64,000 nt of DNA from Burkholderiales bacterium (lineage in GTDB: Bacteria; Pseudomonadota; Gammaproteobacteria; Burkholderiales; JBBRTU01), in NCBI GenBank assembly GCA_038244115.1, contig JBBRTU010000002.1, positions 131,238 to 195,237 of the forward strand. The letters run 5' to 3'. The first letter of the stretch is position 1, and each line of letters starts with the position of its first letter. A program made the position numbers and the translations under genes. This document shows positions 54,606-64,000 of the stretch, one piece after another. The notes under the pieces are model-generated. The model was not told the origin of the DNA and ran no database searches. It saw only the letters and a list, made by a program, of their open reading frames with translations.

Positions 54606-57590
54606 TTATTTGATGTGGCCAGCCACCTCCCTCACCCACTGGTCACAACTTGATGCCCCGTTACCTTTCCAGTAACCATTTCCAAATAACTCTTCGCCGG
54701 TTAGCAAACCCAGCTGCCGGTAACTTTCAAATTGCGGCTCGTCGAACCACTGGTCAGATGTTGGCTGGTGCGGAAAATCCTGGTGTGTGGTCGCACAATG
54801 ACGCACGTCTATTGGTTCATTGCCGCACAGCAGGGGCTTGACGTAGACCAGGACGCCTTTTTTTCCCGATGCATATTTTATGCGCCCGATAACAAAACGG
54901 ATGCGCGCTTTCGGCTCCTGTTCCAACATCGGTGCCACATCAATGTCTATTTCCGCGCCCATATCTATGCGGCAATTGAGCACCGCGTTTCCCAGGTCTT
55001 CAAATTCGAAGTCAGCGTCACAGCCCCCGTCGCACACCACAATCAACTTGCATTCCCGCCGCACCAATTCGTACAGGCCCAAATTTTCAAAATGGCCGCC
55101 ATCGGAAAGATTAATAAATTGGCTTTGATCGTCCGTGCTGCAGAGCAGTTCTTTCAGTAAGCACCCCAATCCGAACGTGGGGCTGGACAACCTCCTTGCA
55201 TTTTCATATTTTGGATTGCCGCACCACCGTCCCAGCCGGACATTGAAAAAAGTCATGATAAAAGCCAGTGGCGGCGACGTATGGTAGCCTTGATTAGGGC
55301 TTGCCGCCGCGCCGGAAACGGCTATCGCCGTACCCAGCTTGGCGCCTTCCGTAGCCTCTTTCCCCCACCCTTCCTTGCTCATGTATTCCCTGGTTTCACA
55401 GTAGGCTTGCTGCTTATCTGTCAACCTATAACCGCAATGCCTGGGTGAAAAAATGAACGAGCCGCTTAGCCTTTGCTGCCATTCCAAATGTCCTTCCTCG
55501 TTGCCAGCACTAACGGTTTGAGGATTGCTTCCCTTAGTCAAATTCAGCGCGGCATTCACTAAATGAACGGGCCGCTGATTCTCTAATCTGGACATTGGCA
55601 AATCATCGTTGGGATCAAAATCGGTGAAGGCATCACCGCGCCGCACAGGGTTGGAAGCACCGAGGTAACAGCGGGTCAAGCGGTTGCGGTAAAACTGGTG
55701 CATTGAAAACAGATTAATGTCGACCCGAAAAGCCAGAAAAATGCCTACCAGCAGAGAAATCACCATCGCTCCGGGGATGGCATATTCATACTTCGCCCAA
55801 ACCTTCTGTTCCTCAACATAGGTCGCATCTGCGTAGGCTGAGAAATTGGTTGCCCGTTCAGCAAACCAGGTTTCAAGTTTGAAGTTCCGCTCGTCATCGG
55901 CATTATTCTCCATTTGCAATTCATAACGCCTGTGCAGAGGCGTTGCGGTGCCCGATTTAGCCTGGGCTGTCGCAATCACCGGCTGTATTCCCGCGTACTT
56001 CATAAGGCCCTTGTGCGTCCCGACGGACAACAATACGAGCAGCCCGACAATGAACACGTAGGGCGTAATTTTTGCCAAGACCTCCAACCATTTATTGGCG
56101 CACTTGCCGCCCGTTTTTTCGCTGCGCGCTAACAGAACTCCGGCAGTGGAGGATGCCAGCCATGCAATACCGCCGCTGTATGCAAGCCAGGCGCCAAGAT
56201 AATTCCACATTGCCGCACCATAAAACGACACCAGACATAGTCCCGTCCAGGCGAGCTGAATTGCGATAACCAGGCCACCAATACGGCCCAGCCATTCCCG
56301 GCCCTCTTCGCTAAAGTGCCGTTTGCCGATACCAATATGTATCACCAGTCCGAGGCTGAGAATTTGAAACACCGCCGCAGTACCTAAGCCGAAAAGCATC
56401 CAGCTAATATGCTTCACGTCCACCATCATTCCCACCAACTTGGCGCAGCCATAAAGCATCAGCCCCATCGCCGCACCAGGGATTGTCGGAAATAGAAACA
56501 AAAACCAGCGTCGCCACCATTTCCCATCGGGCGAGGCGGCTCCTTCTCCCTTATGTGACTTGGCTAGCCTGGTACGAGCAATTAACCAACCCAGTGACCA
56601 AACCGCACAGTAAATAATGGCACCCGTCGCAGCCCACCAAAGTGCGCCGCCTTCCAGATCGGTAAATTTTTCTTTTAGGGATACGAACTCGGCGGTCACA
56701 ATGAGTGAGGTTAAAAAACCGGGCAGCACCACTCTCATCAAAACCCAAAGACCGTTCGGGCAGCATTTGTCCTTATCATTGTCCTTGTTGCCGTTTCCCT
56801 GCGTGCTACTGGCCAAGGTATTCAACCCTCTTGCAACGCTGGTCGCGGCAAAGATCAACAGGAACGCCAAGGCAACGAAGATCCAGCTACATTCCAGTGA
56901 CCTAATATGAGCCGTCGTATCAGGCGACACAGGAATACCCAAATATGTCAGGCTCGCCAACATGTACTGGCCGAGCCGGGGCGGGGCTTCCCAGAGGGGA
57001 AGCAGCATAAGAGGAAACAGCAACAAGGCCGTTAGCAAGGAAAGCAATATGGCTTGGTTCAGCAACAAATTGCGGGATATATTTGCGACTGCCGCTAGCG
57101 TGTCCAGACTGAAGACACCGTATCGCGGCGTAAGATAATTGCTGTAACGGCGCAGCCAATTAATGGCATGGCCCTCGGGTTTTCTTGGCTCTTTTTCTGT
57201 CTCTGGCCGGGTCTGGATTTCAGCTTCCACCGCTTTGATGGCTAGAGCAATAGACTTCTCTGGTTCTTCCTTTTCAAGCGGATTGATCAACGCTTCGGCT
57301 TTCCTGTTCAGCAGCGCAGAAAACCATCCGCCGATATACCCACCCCCCGAAACTGTGGAGAGGTAATCAATACGCCGCAATAGTCTTTTATTTGCCATTG
57401 CCTGCAGGATGCCGAGATTGAAGGTGGCGCTTCGAATCCCACCACCAGAAAATGCCAGTCCGAATAGCGCGAGGTCCTGACCACCATCGGCTGGGCGCTT
57501 TCCATCCACAGCATCGCGGCAATGACGGATTACCGCCTTTTCACACTCAAAAACTTCCGCCCACATTGGTGCTATTGAATCTTCCGTCAT
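54606..57590 (-). CDS. Patatin-like phospholipase with a large polytopic membrane insertion
   Basis: 994-aa ORF with oxyanion motif FSGGGIRSA (aa 48-55), nucleophile elbow TVSGGG (Ser81) and Asp motif LSDGGHFENLG (Asp about 830). Roughly 10 hydrophobic helices lie between them. RBS ggggaga. Confidence 0.8.
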   Translation of the reverse strand: MTEDSIAPMWAEVFECEKAVIRHCRDAVDGKRPADGGQDLALFGLAFSGGGIRSATFNLGILQAMANKRLLRRIDYLSTVSGGGYIGGWFSALLNRKAEALINPLEKEEPEKSIALAIKAVEAEIQTRPETEKEPRKPEGHAINWLRRYSNYLTPRYGVFSLDTLAAVANISRNLLLNQAILLSLLTALLLFPLMLLPLWEAPPRLGQYMLASLTYLGIPVSPDTTAHIRSLECSWIFVALAFLLIFAATSVARGLNTLASSTQGNGNKDNDKDKCCPNGLWVLMRVVLPGFLTSLIVTAEFVSLKEKFTDLEGGALWWAATGAIIYCAVWSLGWLIARTRLAKSHKGEGAASPDGKWWRRWFLFLFPTIPGAAMGLMLYGCAKLVGMMVDVKHISWMLFGLGTAAVFQILSLGLVIHIGIGKRHFSEEGREWLGRIGGLVIAIQLAWTGLCLVSFYGAAMWNYLGAWLAYSGGIAWLASSTAGVLLARSEKTGGKCANKWLEVLAKITPYVFIVGLLVLLSVGTHKGLMKYAGIQPVIATAQAKSGTATPLHRRYELQMENNADDERNFKLETWFAERATNFSAYADATYVEEQKVWAKYEYAIPGAMVISLLVGIFLAFRVDINLFSMHQFYRNRLTRCYLGASNPVRRGDAFTDFDPNDDLPMSRLENQRPVHLVNAALNLTKGSNPQTVSAGNEEGHLEWQQRLSGSFIFSPRHCGYRLTDKQQAYCETREYMSKEGWGKEATEGAKLGTAIAVSGAAASPNQGYHTSPPLAFIMTFFNVRLGRWCGNPKYENARRLSSPTFGLGCLLKELLCSTDDQSQFINLSDGGHFENLGLYELVRRECKLIVVCDGGCDADFEFEDLGNAVLNCRIDMGAEIDIDVAPMLEQEPKARIRFVIGRIKYASGKKGVLVYVKPLLCGNEPIDVRHCATTHQDFPHQPTSDQWFDEPQFESYRQLGLLTGEELFGNGYWKGNGASSCDQWVREVAGHIK

Positions 57591-58074
57591 CTATATCTCC
57601 CCGAGGCAATAACTAGCCAGTTCTTTGGCTGCTCTCAAGCGTTTCTTCAATAGTCTGGATTCGAGGGGGTAAAACTGCTGTTTCAGATTGCGCCTGAACT
57701 TGGCGCAAAAAGGGGCGTAGGGGTTTACAGCCATTCCAGCATCCTCCAGTTAAAATTAAGCAAATCAACGCAGGCGATTTTAGGTTCCTGCGAGTACCCC
57801 AATGAACCGCCAGCGACATGGCAAATTTATTCGACAGGGCCTTGCGCGAATATAGTTATAGCATATGTATTTTGCATTTAACAAAGTTTTTTTGTTAATC
57901 ATTTTTATCAGGCAGGGATCTCGGGCTATGCACAACTTCCGCAGTTTGTTTCTAAGCGTCACCTCACTGTTTCAAACAGGCGGGATTAAACATTTTTGAG
58001 ATCCATTCCACGATACGTTTTACTGCCTATGGAATTGCGGGTAAAATCACTTCCCTTCCCAAAAAAAACAGAAC

Positions 58075-59085
58075 ATGCAAATCGGCCCCCATCGTCTGAA
58101 GAACAATCTGATCGTCGCCCCTATGGCAGGCGTGACGGACCGTCCTTTCCGCATGCTTTGCAAGGCAATGGGCGCGGGTATGGCGGTGTCGGAGATGGTG
58201 GCGTCGAACTCATTGTTGTGGGGATCGGAAAAAACCAAGCGGCGCGCCAATCATGAGGGCGAAGTCGACCCGATCTCTGTGCAGATTGTCGGCGCTGATC
58301 CGGAGTTGCTGGCGACTGCTGCGAAGTACAACGTGGATGCAGGCGCGCAAATTATCGACATCAACATGGGCTGCCCAGCAAAAAAAATCTGTAACGTGAT
58401 GGCCGGCTCGGCGCTGTTGCAAGATGAACCGCTGGTGGCCCGGATTCTGAGCGCAGTGGTGAATGCGGTAAACGTGCCGGTCACGCTAAAAATTCGTACC
58501 GGCTGGGACAGACAAAACAGAAATGCCCTGAATATTCTTAAAGTCGCCGAAGATTCAGGCATTCAGGCATTGGCCATGCACGGTCGTACCCGCGCCTGCG
58601 GTTACGCCGGCGACGCAGAGTACGACACCATCGCTGCCGTGAAAGCAGCAGCGCGCATTCCCATTATTGCCAACGGCGATATCACCACGCCGGAAAAGGC
58701 AAAGTATGTGCTGGAATACACCAAGGCCGATGCCGTCATGATCGGGCGCGCCGCGCAAGGCCGTCCCTGGATTTTCCGCGAAATCGAGCATTACCTGAAA
58801 ACTGGCGAGCATCTGGCCGCGCCTGAAGTCGCCGAAATTCATCGGGTGTTGATCAACCATCTGCACGATCTTTATCATTTTTATGGTGAGTACAGCGGCG
58901 TGCGCATCGCGCGTAAACATATTTCCTGGTACACGAAAGGCCTGGCCGGTTCGGCCTGTTTCCGTCATACCATGAATCAGTTGCAATCGACTAAAGAACA
59001 GCTCGACGCAGTCAATTATTTCTTTGCAGAACTGGCAGCGCAGGGTCGCCGTTTAACTTATCTGGATGAAGAGTTAGCCGCATGA
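58075..59085 (+). CDS. dusB: tRNA-dihydrouridine synthase B
   Basis: 336-aa ORF with VAPMAGVTDRPFR and DINMGCPAKK (catalytic Cys). It is followed by fis, as in other proteobacteria. Confidence 0.95.
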   Translation: MQIGPHRLKNNLIVAPMAGVTDRPFRMLCKAMGAGMAVSEMVASNSLLWGSEKTKRRANHEGEVDPISVQIVGADPELLATAAKYNVDAGAQIIDINMGCPAKKICNVMAGSALLQDEPLVARILSAVVNAVNVPVTLKIRTGWDRQNRNALNILKVAEDSGIQALAMHGRTRACGYAGDAEYDTIAAVKAAARIPIIANGDITTPEKAKYVLEYTKADAVMIGRAAQGRPWIFREIEHYLKTGEHLAAPEVAEIHRVLINHLHDLYHFYGEYSGVRIARKHISWYTKGLAGSACFRHTMNQLQSTKEQLDAVNYFFAELAAQGRRLTYLDEELAA

Positions 59086-59318
59086 TGAACGAAAACGAAG
59101 TAGCCGCCTGCGTACGCAAGGCGATGGACAAGTATTTCAAGGATCTCGACGGAGAAGAACCGCAAGCCATCTACGACATGGTGATCGGCTGTGTGGAAAA
59201 GCCTTTGCTTGAGGTCATCCTCAAACACTCAGAAGGCAACCAGACCAAAGCGTCGGAGATGCTCGGCATCAACCGCAACACGCTACGCAAAAAGCTCAAA
59301 TACCACGGCATGGTTTAG
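59082..59318 (+). CDS. fis: Fis-family DNA-binding protein
   Basis: 78-aa ORF with C-terminal [25 protein letters not shown]. It overlaps the dusB stop. Confidence 0.9.
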   Translation: MMNENEVAACVRKAMDKYFKDLDGEEPQAIYDMVIGCVEKPLLEVILKHSEGNQTKASEMLGINRNTLRKKLKYHGMV

Positions 59319-59355
59319 CCCACATAACAAATTTTATTTTTCTAGCTGTCCTCCA

Positions 59356-60924
59356 ATGACCATTATTAAACGTGCTCTGATTAGTGTCTCCGACAAAACC
59401 GGCGTGGTGGAATTCGCCCGTGGCCTGACCACCTATGGCGTCGAAATTCTTTCCACGGGCGGTACCGCCAAGCTGCTTGCCCAATCGGGTATTCAAGTAA
59501 CTGAAGTGGCCGATTACACCGGCTTTCCAGAAATGCTCGATGGCCGTGTTAAAACCCTGCATCCCAAAGTTCACGCCGGCATTTTGGCGCGACGCGATTT
59601 GCCTGAGCACGTCGCAAAAATGAATGAAATGAATTTCGGCAACATCGATCTGGTGGCAGTCAATTTATATCCCTTCGTGCAGACCATCGCCAACCCGGAT
59701 TGCTCACTGGAAGATGCCATCGAGAACATCGATATCGGCGGCCCAACCATGGTGTGCGCCGCCGCCAAGAACTACCACCACGTAGCCATCGCCACCGACC
59801 CGGCTGACTATGCCGCACTGTTGGCTGAAATGAAATCGACGGGTGGCGCCATCGGTGTCGAGACGCGTTTTTCCCTGGCGAAAAAAGCTTTCTCGCACAC
59901 CGCGGACTACGACGGCGCGATCAGCAATTACCTGACCAGCCTGGATGCGCAGGGTGCGCGCCAGCCGTTCCCGAACAAATTCAATTTGCAATTTACCAAG
60001 GCGCAGGATTGCCGCTACGGTGAGAACCCTCACCAACAGGGCGCGTTCTACATTACGCTCGCCGAGTCTGGCGCCTCCATTGCCACTGCACGTCAGTTGC
60101 AGGGAAAAGAACTCTCGTATAACAACATCGGCGACGCGGATGCGGCGCTGGAATGCGTCAAGCAATTCAACGAAGAACCAGCCTGCGTCATCGTCAAGCA
60201 TGCCAACCCGTGCGGCGTGGCCTACGGCAAGAATCTGCTGGACGCTTACGACCGCGCTTACAAGACCGATCCCGAATCGGCCTTCGGCGGCATCATCGCC
60301 TTCAACGGCGAACTGGATGCAGCCACTGCAAGCGCCATCGTCGAGCGCCAGTTTGTCGAAGTAATCATTGCGCCGAAAGTTTCCGCTGCTGCAGTAGAAA
60401 TTGTCGCCGCCAAGAAAAATGTACGCTTGCTGGAATGCGGCCAGTGGCCGACTGAGCCGGCCAAGCGCCTGGACTTCAAGCGGGTCAATGGTGGCTTGCT
60501 GGTGCAGGAAGCCGATCTCGCGCTGTACAACGAACTCAAGGTGGTGACCAAACGCGCACCAACCGAACAGGAAATGGCCGACCTTCTTTTTACCTGGCGC
60601 ATCGCCAAGTTCGTCAAATCCAATGCCATTGTTTACGGCAAGGATCGCATGACCATCGGCGTGGGTGCGGGGCAAATGAGCCGGATTAATTCAGCACGTA
60701 TCGCTGCCATCAAAGCCGAGCACGCCAGTCTGGAAGTGCGCGGCTCGGTGATGGCATCGGATGCATTTTTTCCCTTCCGCGACGGCATCGACCAGGCGGC
60801 AACAGTCGGTATCGTGGCAGTCATCCAGCCGGGTGGCTCCATGCGCGACGACGAGGTGATCGCCGCAGCGGACGAACATGGCATGGCAATGGTGTTTACC
60901 GGCATGCGCCATTTCAGGCACTAA
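59356..60924 (+). CDS. purH: Bifunctional AICAR transformylase / IMP cyclohydrolase
   Basis: From the ATG at 59356, [16 protein letters not shown]...GGTAKLL...[11 protein letters not shown], with a C-terminal MRHFRH. The track 5' extension was trimmed. Confidence 0.95.
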   Translation: MTIIKRALISVSDKTGVVEFARGLTTYGVEILSTGGTAKLLAQSGIQVTEVADYTGFPEMLDGRVKTLHPKVHAGILARRDLPEHVAKMNEMNFGNIDLVAVNLYPFVQTIANPDCSLEDAIENIDIGGPTMVCAAAKNYHHVAIATDPADYAALLAEMKSTGGAIGVETRFSLAKKAFSHTADYDGAISNYLTSLDAQGARQPFPNKFNLQFTKAQDCRYGENPHQQGAFYITLAESGASIATARQLQGKELSYNNIGDADAALECVKQFNEEPACVIVKHANPCGVAYGKNLLDAYDRAYKTDPESAFGGIIAFNGELDAATASAIVERQFVEVIIAPKVSAAAVEIVAAKKNVRLLECGQWPTEPAKRLDFKRVNGGLLVQEADLALYNELKVVTKRAPTEQEMADLLFTWRIAKFVKSNAIVYGKDRMTIGVGAGQMSRINSARIAAIKAEHASLEVRGSVMASDAFFPFRDGIDQAATVGIVAVIQPGGSMRDDEVIAAADEHGMAMVFTGMRHFRH

Positions 60925-60929
60925 AATTT

Positions 60930-62207
60930 ATGAAAGTTCTGGTTATCGGCAGCGGCGGACGCGAGCACGCGATGGCATGGAAACTGGCAAAATCGCCACG
61001 TATTTCCAGAGTCTACGTCGCACCCGGTAACGCCGGCACAGCGCTGGAAGAGGGCGTATTCAATATGCCGCTCACCAGTATTCCGGATCTGATTCAGTTC
61101 GCCAAACAAGAGCCGATCGACATCACCGTGGTTGGCCCAGAAGCACCATTGGCCGAAGGCGTTGTGGATGCTTTTCGCGATGCGGGCCTGAAAATTTTTG
61201 GACCGACACGCAAGTCTGCGCAACTGGAAAGTTCGAAAGAGTTTGCCAAAAATTTCATGGTGCGGCACAACATCCCCTCCGGCTCCTTCATCACTTTCAC
61301 CGATGCCGCCAAGGCACACACCTACATCGATGCCAAGGGCGCGCCCATCGTCATCAAGGCGGATGGTCTGGCGGCAGGCAAGGGCGTGGTAGTGGCAACC
61401 AGCAAGGAAGAAGCGCACGCTGCCATCGACATGATGTTGGTGGACAACAAGATGGGCGCCGCTGGTGCGCGTGTGGTTATCGAAGAATTTCTGGAAGGTG
61501 AAGAAGCCAGCTTCATGGTCATGGTAGATGGTGAGCATGTGCTAACCCTTGCTACCAGCCAGGACCACAAACGATTGCTGGATGGCGACAATGGCCCCAA
61601 CACCGGTGGCATGGGCGCGTATTCACCGGCACCGGTAGTGACGCCAGCGTTGCATGCGAAAGTGATGCGCGAAGTGATAATGCCAACCGTGCAAGGCATG
61701 GCGGCCGAAGGCGAAAAATTTACCGGCTTTCTTTATGCCGGGCTGATGATCGACAAGCAGAACAACGTCAAAGTGCTGGAATACAATTGCCGCATGGGCG
61801 ACCCGGAAACGCAGCCGATTTTGCTGCGCATGAAAGGCGATTTGTTTAATCTCTTCGAGCACGCCGTCAACGGCACGCTTGATAAGACCGAAGCAGAATG
61901 GGACCGGCGCATCGCCCTCGGCGTGGTGCTCGCCGCTCATGGCTATCCGGACAGCCCGCGCAAGGGTGACGTAATCAGCGGCCTACCGCAAGCGGGTGAA
62001 GACTATCATGTGTTCCACGCGGGTACGACGCTCAATGGCGGCAAGGTTGTCACCAGCGGAGGGCGTGTGCTGTGCGTGACCGCGCTGGGAGATAGCGTGC
62101 GCATTGCGCAAAAGCGCGCGTATGAAATCGCCGATCAAATTAAATTTAATGGCTGCCAGATACGTCGTGATATCGGCTATCGCGCCATCGCCGCAGGGAG
62201 AAAATAA
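60930..62207 (+). CDS. purD: Phosphoribosylamine-glycine ligase
   Basis: 425-aa ORF with MKVLVIGSGGREHA, VIKADGLAAGKGV and NCRMGDPETQ motifs. Confidence 0.95.
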   Translation: MKVLVIGSGGREHAMAWKLAKSPRISRVYVAPGNAGTALEEGVFNMPLTSIPDLIQFAKQEPIDITVVGPEAPLAEGVVDAFRDAGLKIFGPTRKSAQLESSKEFAKNFMVRHNIPSGSFITFTDAAKAHTYIDAKGAPIVIKADGLAAGKGVVVATSKEEAHAAIDMMLVDNKMGAAGARVVIEEFLEGEEASFMVMVDGEHVLTLATSQDHKRLLDGDNGPNTGGMGAYSPAPVVTPALHAKVMREVIMPTVQGMAAEGEKFTGFLYAGLMIDKQNNVKVLEYNCRMGDPETQPILLRMKGDLFNLFEHAVNGTLDKTEAEWDRRIALGVVLAAHGYPDSPRKGDVISGLPQAGEDYHVFHAGTTLNGGKVVTSGGRVLCVTALGDSVRIAQKRAYEIADQIKFNGCQIRRDIGYRAIAAGRK

Positions 62208-62209
62208 TT

Positions 62210-62716
62210 ATGAGCAAACCTTTTGTCGCTGTTCTCATGGGATCAGACTCTGATTTACCTGTCATGCAATCTACGTTGGACACCTTGGGTGGCCTGGGCA
62301 TTGCGTGGGAAGTGAAAATTACCTCTGCTCACCGCACCCCGGCAGCCACTATGAGCTATGTGAAAGATGCCGAAGCGCGCGGCTGTAAAGTGTTTATCGC
62401 CGCCGCCGGATTGGCCGCGCATCTGGCCGGCGTGGTTGCTGCGCACACGCTGCGGCCAGTCATTGGCGTACCTATGGAAGGCGGCCCGCTGAATGGTTTC
62501 GATGCCTTGCTGTCCACCGTGCAAATGCCCGGCGGCATCCCGGTTGCCTCTGTTGCCATCGGCAAAGCCGGCGCCAAAAATGCCGCTTACCTGGCAGCGC
62601 AAATTTTGGCCGTGGAAGACCCTGAGTTGTTCAAACGCCTGCATGCCGAGCGAGATGCCAATACCGCCCAGATTATCGCCAAGGATCAGGCGCTGCAGGA
62701 AAAACTAAAGAAGTAA
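62210..62716 (+). CDS. purE: N5-carboxyaminoimidazole ribonucleotide mutase
   Basis: 168-aa ORF with [18 protein letters not shown] and [12 protein letters not shown] motifs. Confidence 0.9.
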   Translation: MSKPFVAVLMGSDSDLPVMQSTLDTLGGLGIAWEVKITSAHRTPAATMSYVKDAEARGCKVFIAAAGLAAHLAGVVAAHTLRPVIGVPMEGGPLNGFDALLSTVQMPGGIPVASVAIGKAGAKNAAYLAAQILAVEDPELFKRLHAERDANTAQIIAKDQALQEKLKK

Positions 62717-62727
62717 TTCCGCACATC

Positions 62728-63324
62728 ATGGAAGCAGCTCGCTTAGCGAAATTTTCTGCTCCTTCTCATCCCTATTCCTCTGCGCTATTTCGCCAACTAC
62801 GCGCCCATCTTCAGGGCGGCGGCGTAATCGCCTACGCCACCGAGTCTTGCTACGGGCTGGGTTGCGATCCTTGCAATTATCAAGCCGTGCGGAGACTCCT
62901 CAAGTTGAAAGGGCGCCCCACTAAAAAAGGGCTGATTCTGATCGGTGCAAAGTTTGCTCAACTTGAAGCATTCGTCACGCCGTTGGTCGCGTCGGAAAAA
63001 AATTCTCTCAAGCAGTATTGGCCCGGCCCTACCACTCTACTGATGCCTGCCGCCCGACACACACCCAAGTGGCTAACCGGCCACCATTCTTCGATTGCCG
63101 TGCGCGTTACCGCCCACCCCGATGCAGCTTACTTATGTCGCCAACTCGATATGGCGCTGGTATCTACCAGCGCAAATCGCGCAGGAAAAGTGTCGCTCAA
63201 AACGGCTATTACCTGCCATAAAGCATTCGGCAATGCAGTATGGGTATTGCCTGGCAGGGTGGGTATGCGGCGGCGTCCTTCAACTATTCTGGATTTCAAA
63301 TCGGGACGGATTTTAAGAAAATAA
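62728..63324 (+). CDS. tsaC: YrdC/TsaC-family L-threonylcarbamoyladenylate synthase
   Basis: 198-aa ORF with YATESCYGLGCD, LKGRPTKKGLILI, WPGPTTLL and STSANRAG motifs. Confidence 0.8.
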   Translation: MEAARLAKFSAPSHPYSSALFRQLRAHLQGGGVIAYATESCYGLGCDPCNYQAVRRLLKLKGRPTKKGLILIGAKFAQLEAFVTPLVASEKNSLKQYWPGPTTLLMPAARHTPKWLTGHHSSIAVRVTAHPDAAYLCRQLDMALVSTSANRAGKVSLKTAITCHKAFGNAVWVLPGRVGMRRRPSTILDFKSGRILRK

Positions 63325-63552
63325 TGTCGGTTTGAAGCATAAAGGGCGCTGATCTTGATCAGAAAATATCGCGCTTTGCCCCCTCTTGGTTCTTTTGGTT
63401 TTTCTTGCACTAGAATGGTAGACCTTTGGTGTTTATTAATTTAGACTCCTTTCCAATGCAGTAGGCCTAATCCCATTAGATGGCCAGAGCGTAGCAAAGT
63501 TAATCCATTGAACTTAGTCTTTACGAATCAACGCCACCGGTGATAAAAAATT

Positions 63553-64000
63553 ATGCCCGAACCTAGGCATCTAACTAACGCTCCAATACGCGAAGCGGCC
63601 ATAGACGTGCAGATTTCTCCCCCCGTCTCTCTTGATGTACTACAAACAATTAATGGCCGTATAAAAGATAAACTACATAAGCGTGGCGAGGTGTGGCAAG
63701 CATCTATAGGACTTGATCTTGATAAAGATGGGTCGGGTACAGCCAATGCAGAGCGAACCCCCATAGGTTACCGATATGATTTCACTGATAGCCCTTACGT
63801 ATTGCAATGTCGAGTTAACGGCTTCACATTTAGCAGGCTGCCCCCTTACGAAACATGGGAAAAATTGAGCGCGACTGCGAGGGAATTGTGGGAAATATAT
63901 CTTGAAACAACTAAACCGCAGACGGTTTCCCGAATAGCTGTTCGCTATATAAATGGTCTACAGCTTCCTTTACCGATTGCGGATTTTGCCGAATACCTGA
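63553..64000 (+). CDS. Hypothetical protein, TIGR04255-like N-terminus (3' end cut by window edge)
   Basis: My own translation from the ATG at 63553 gives MPEPRHLTNAPIREAAIDVQISPP...RIAVRYINGLQLP, with an open frame to the window end. The N-terminal xNAPIxEA pattern recalls the TIGR04255 family (from memory). It is not in the track because there is no stop in the window. Confidence 0.5.
   Translation, partial: MPEPRHLTNAPIREAAIDVQISPPVSLDVLQTINGRIKDKLHKRGEVWQASIGLDLDKDGSGTANAERTPIGYRYDFTDSPYVLQCRVNGFTFSRLPPYETWEKLSATARELWEIYLETTKPQTVSRIAVRYINGLQLPLPIADFAEYL

Noticed and set aside
57613-57819. A 68-aa minus-strand ORF ending 20 nt upstream of the patatin start. It contains the inverted repeat ttgcgcc-N7-ggcgcaa (57688-57708).
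   Set aside because: It has no convincing RBS, no motifs and an odd composition. It more likely represents the promoter and leader region of the patatin gene. The inverted repeat lacks a following U-tract on either strand.
62210-63324. purE is followed by tsaC instead of purK.
   Set aside because: purK may simply lie elsewhere in the genome. The absence of a gene from a 64-kb window is not evidence of anything unusual.
63349-63362. A 14-bp palindrome, ctgatcttgatcag, downstream of tsaC.
   Set aside because: The two-nucleotide centre cannot form an RNA loop and no U-tract follows. It is too short to distinguish from chance.

Overview
This 64-kb chromosomal segment is moderately GC-rich. Gene content and synteny look betaproteobacterial, which is an inference from gene order only: pilT / yggS-proC-yggT-yggU; topA-smg-dprA-LysM divergent from def-fmt-htpX-rsmB-DUF4390-ntrY-ntrX; dusB-fis-purH-purD-purE. 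I call about 55 protein genes and one tRNA-Ala(CGC). I saw no rRNA, CRISPR array, transposase or integrase.

The core housekeeping blocks are interrupted by several accessory-looking pieces:
- An OmpR/EnvZ pair sits divergent from two secreted SPE(E/Q)R-repeat proteins.
- PrsT is followed by a PEP-CTERM protein, and a second VPxPA-type C-terminal-sorting protein lies elsewhere. Both sorting-signal genes are preceded by near-identical sigma-54 -24/-12 promoters and share an upstream motif about 80 bp further up.
- A LIV-type ABC transporter operon is translationally fused to a REC-TPR response regulator and a sensor-less histidine kinase.
- A hipBA toxin-antitoxin pair has a repeat-rich control region.

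The most unusual region is 45.9-57.6 kb on the minus strand. A 994-aa patatin-like phospholipase has its Ser/Asp catalytic dyad separated by an approximately 10-helix membrane domain. It is followed by four atypical di-haem c-type cytochromes, three of them paralogous with a CCP/MauG-like C-terminal signature, and a lipoprotein. I do not recognise this gene combination as a described system.

All calls rest on reading the ORF translations and the DNA by eye. No database search was run.
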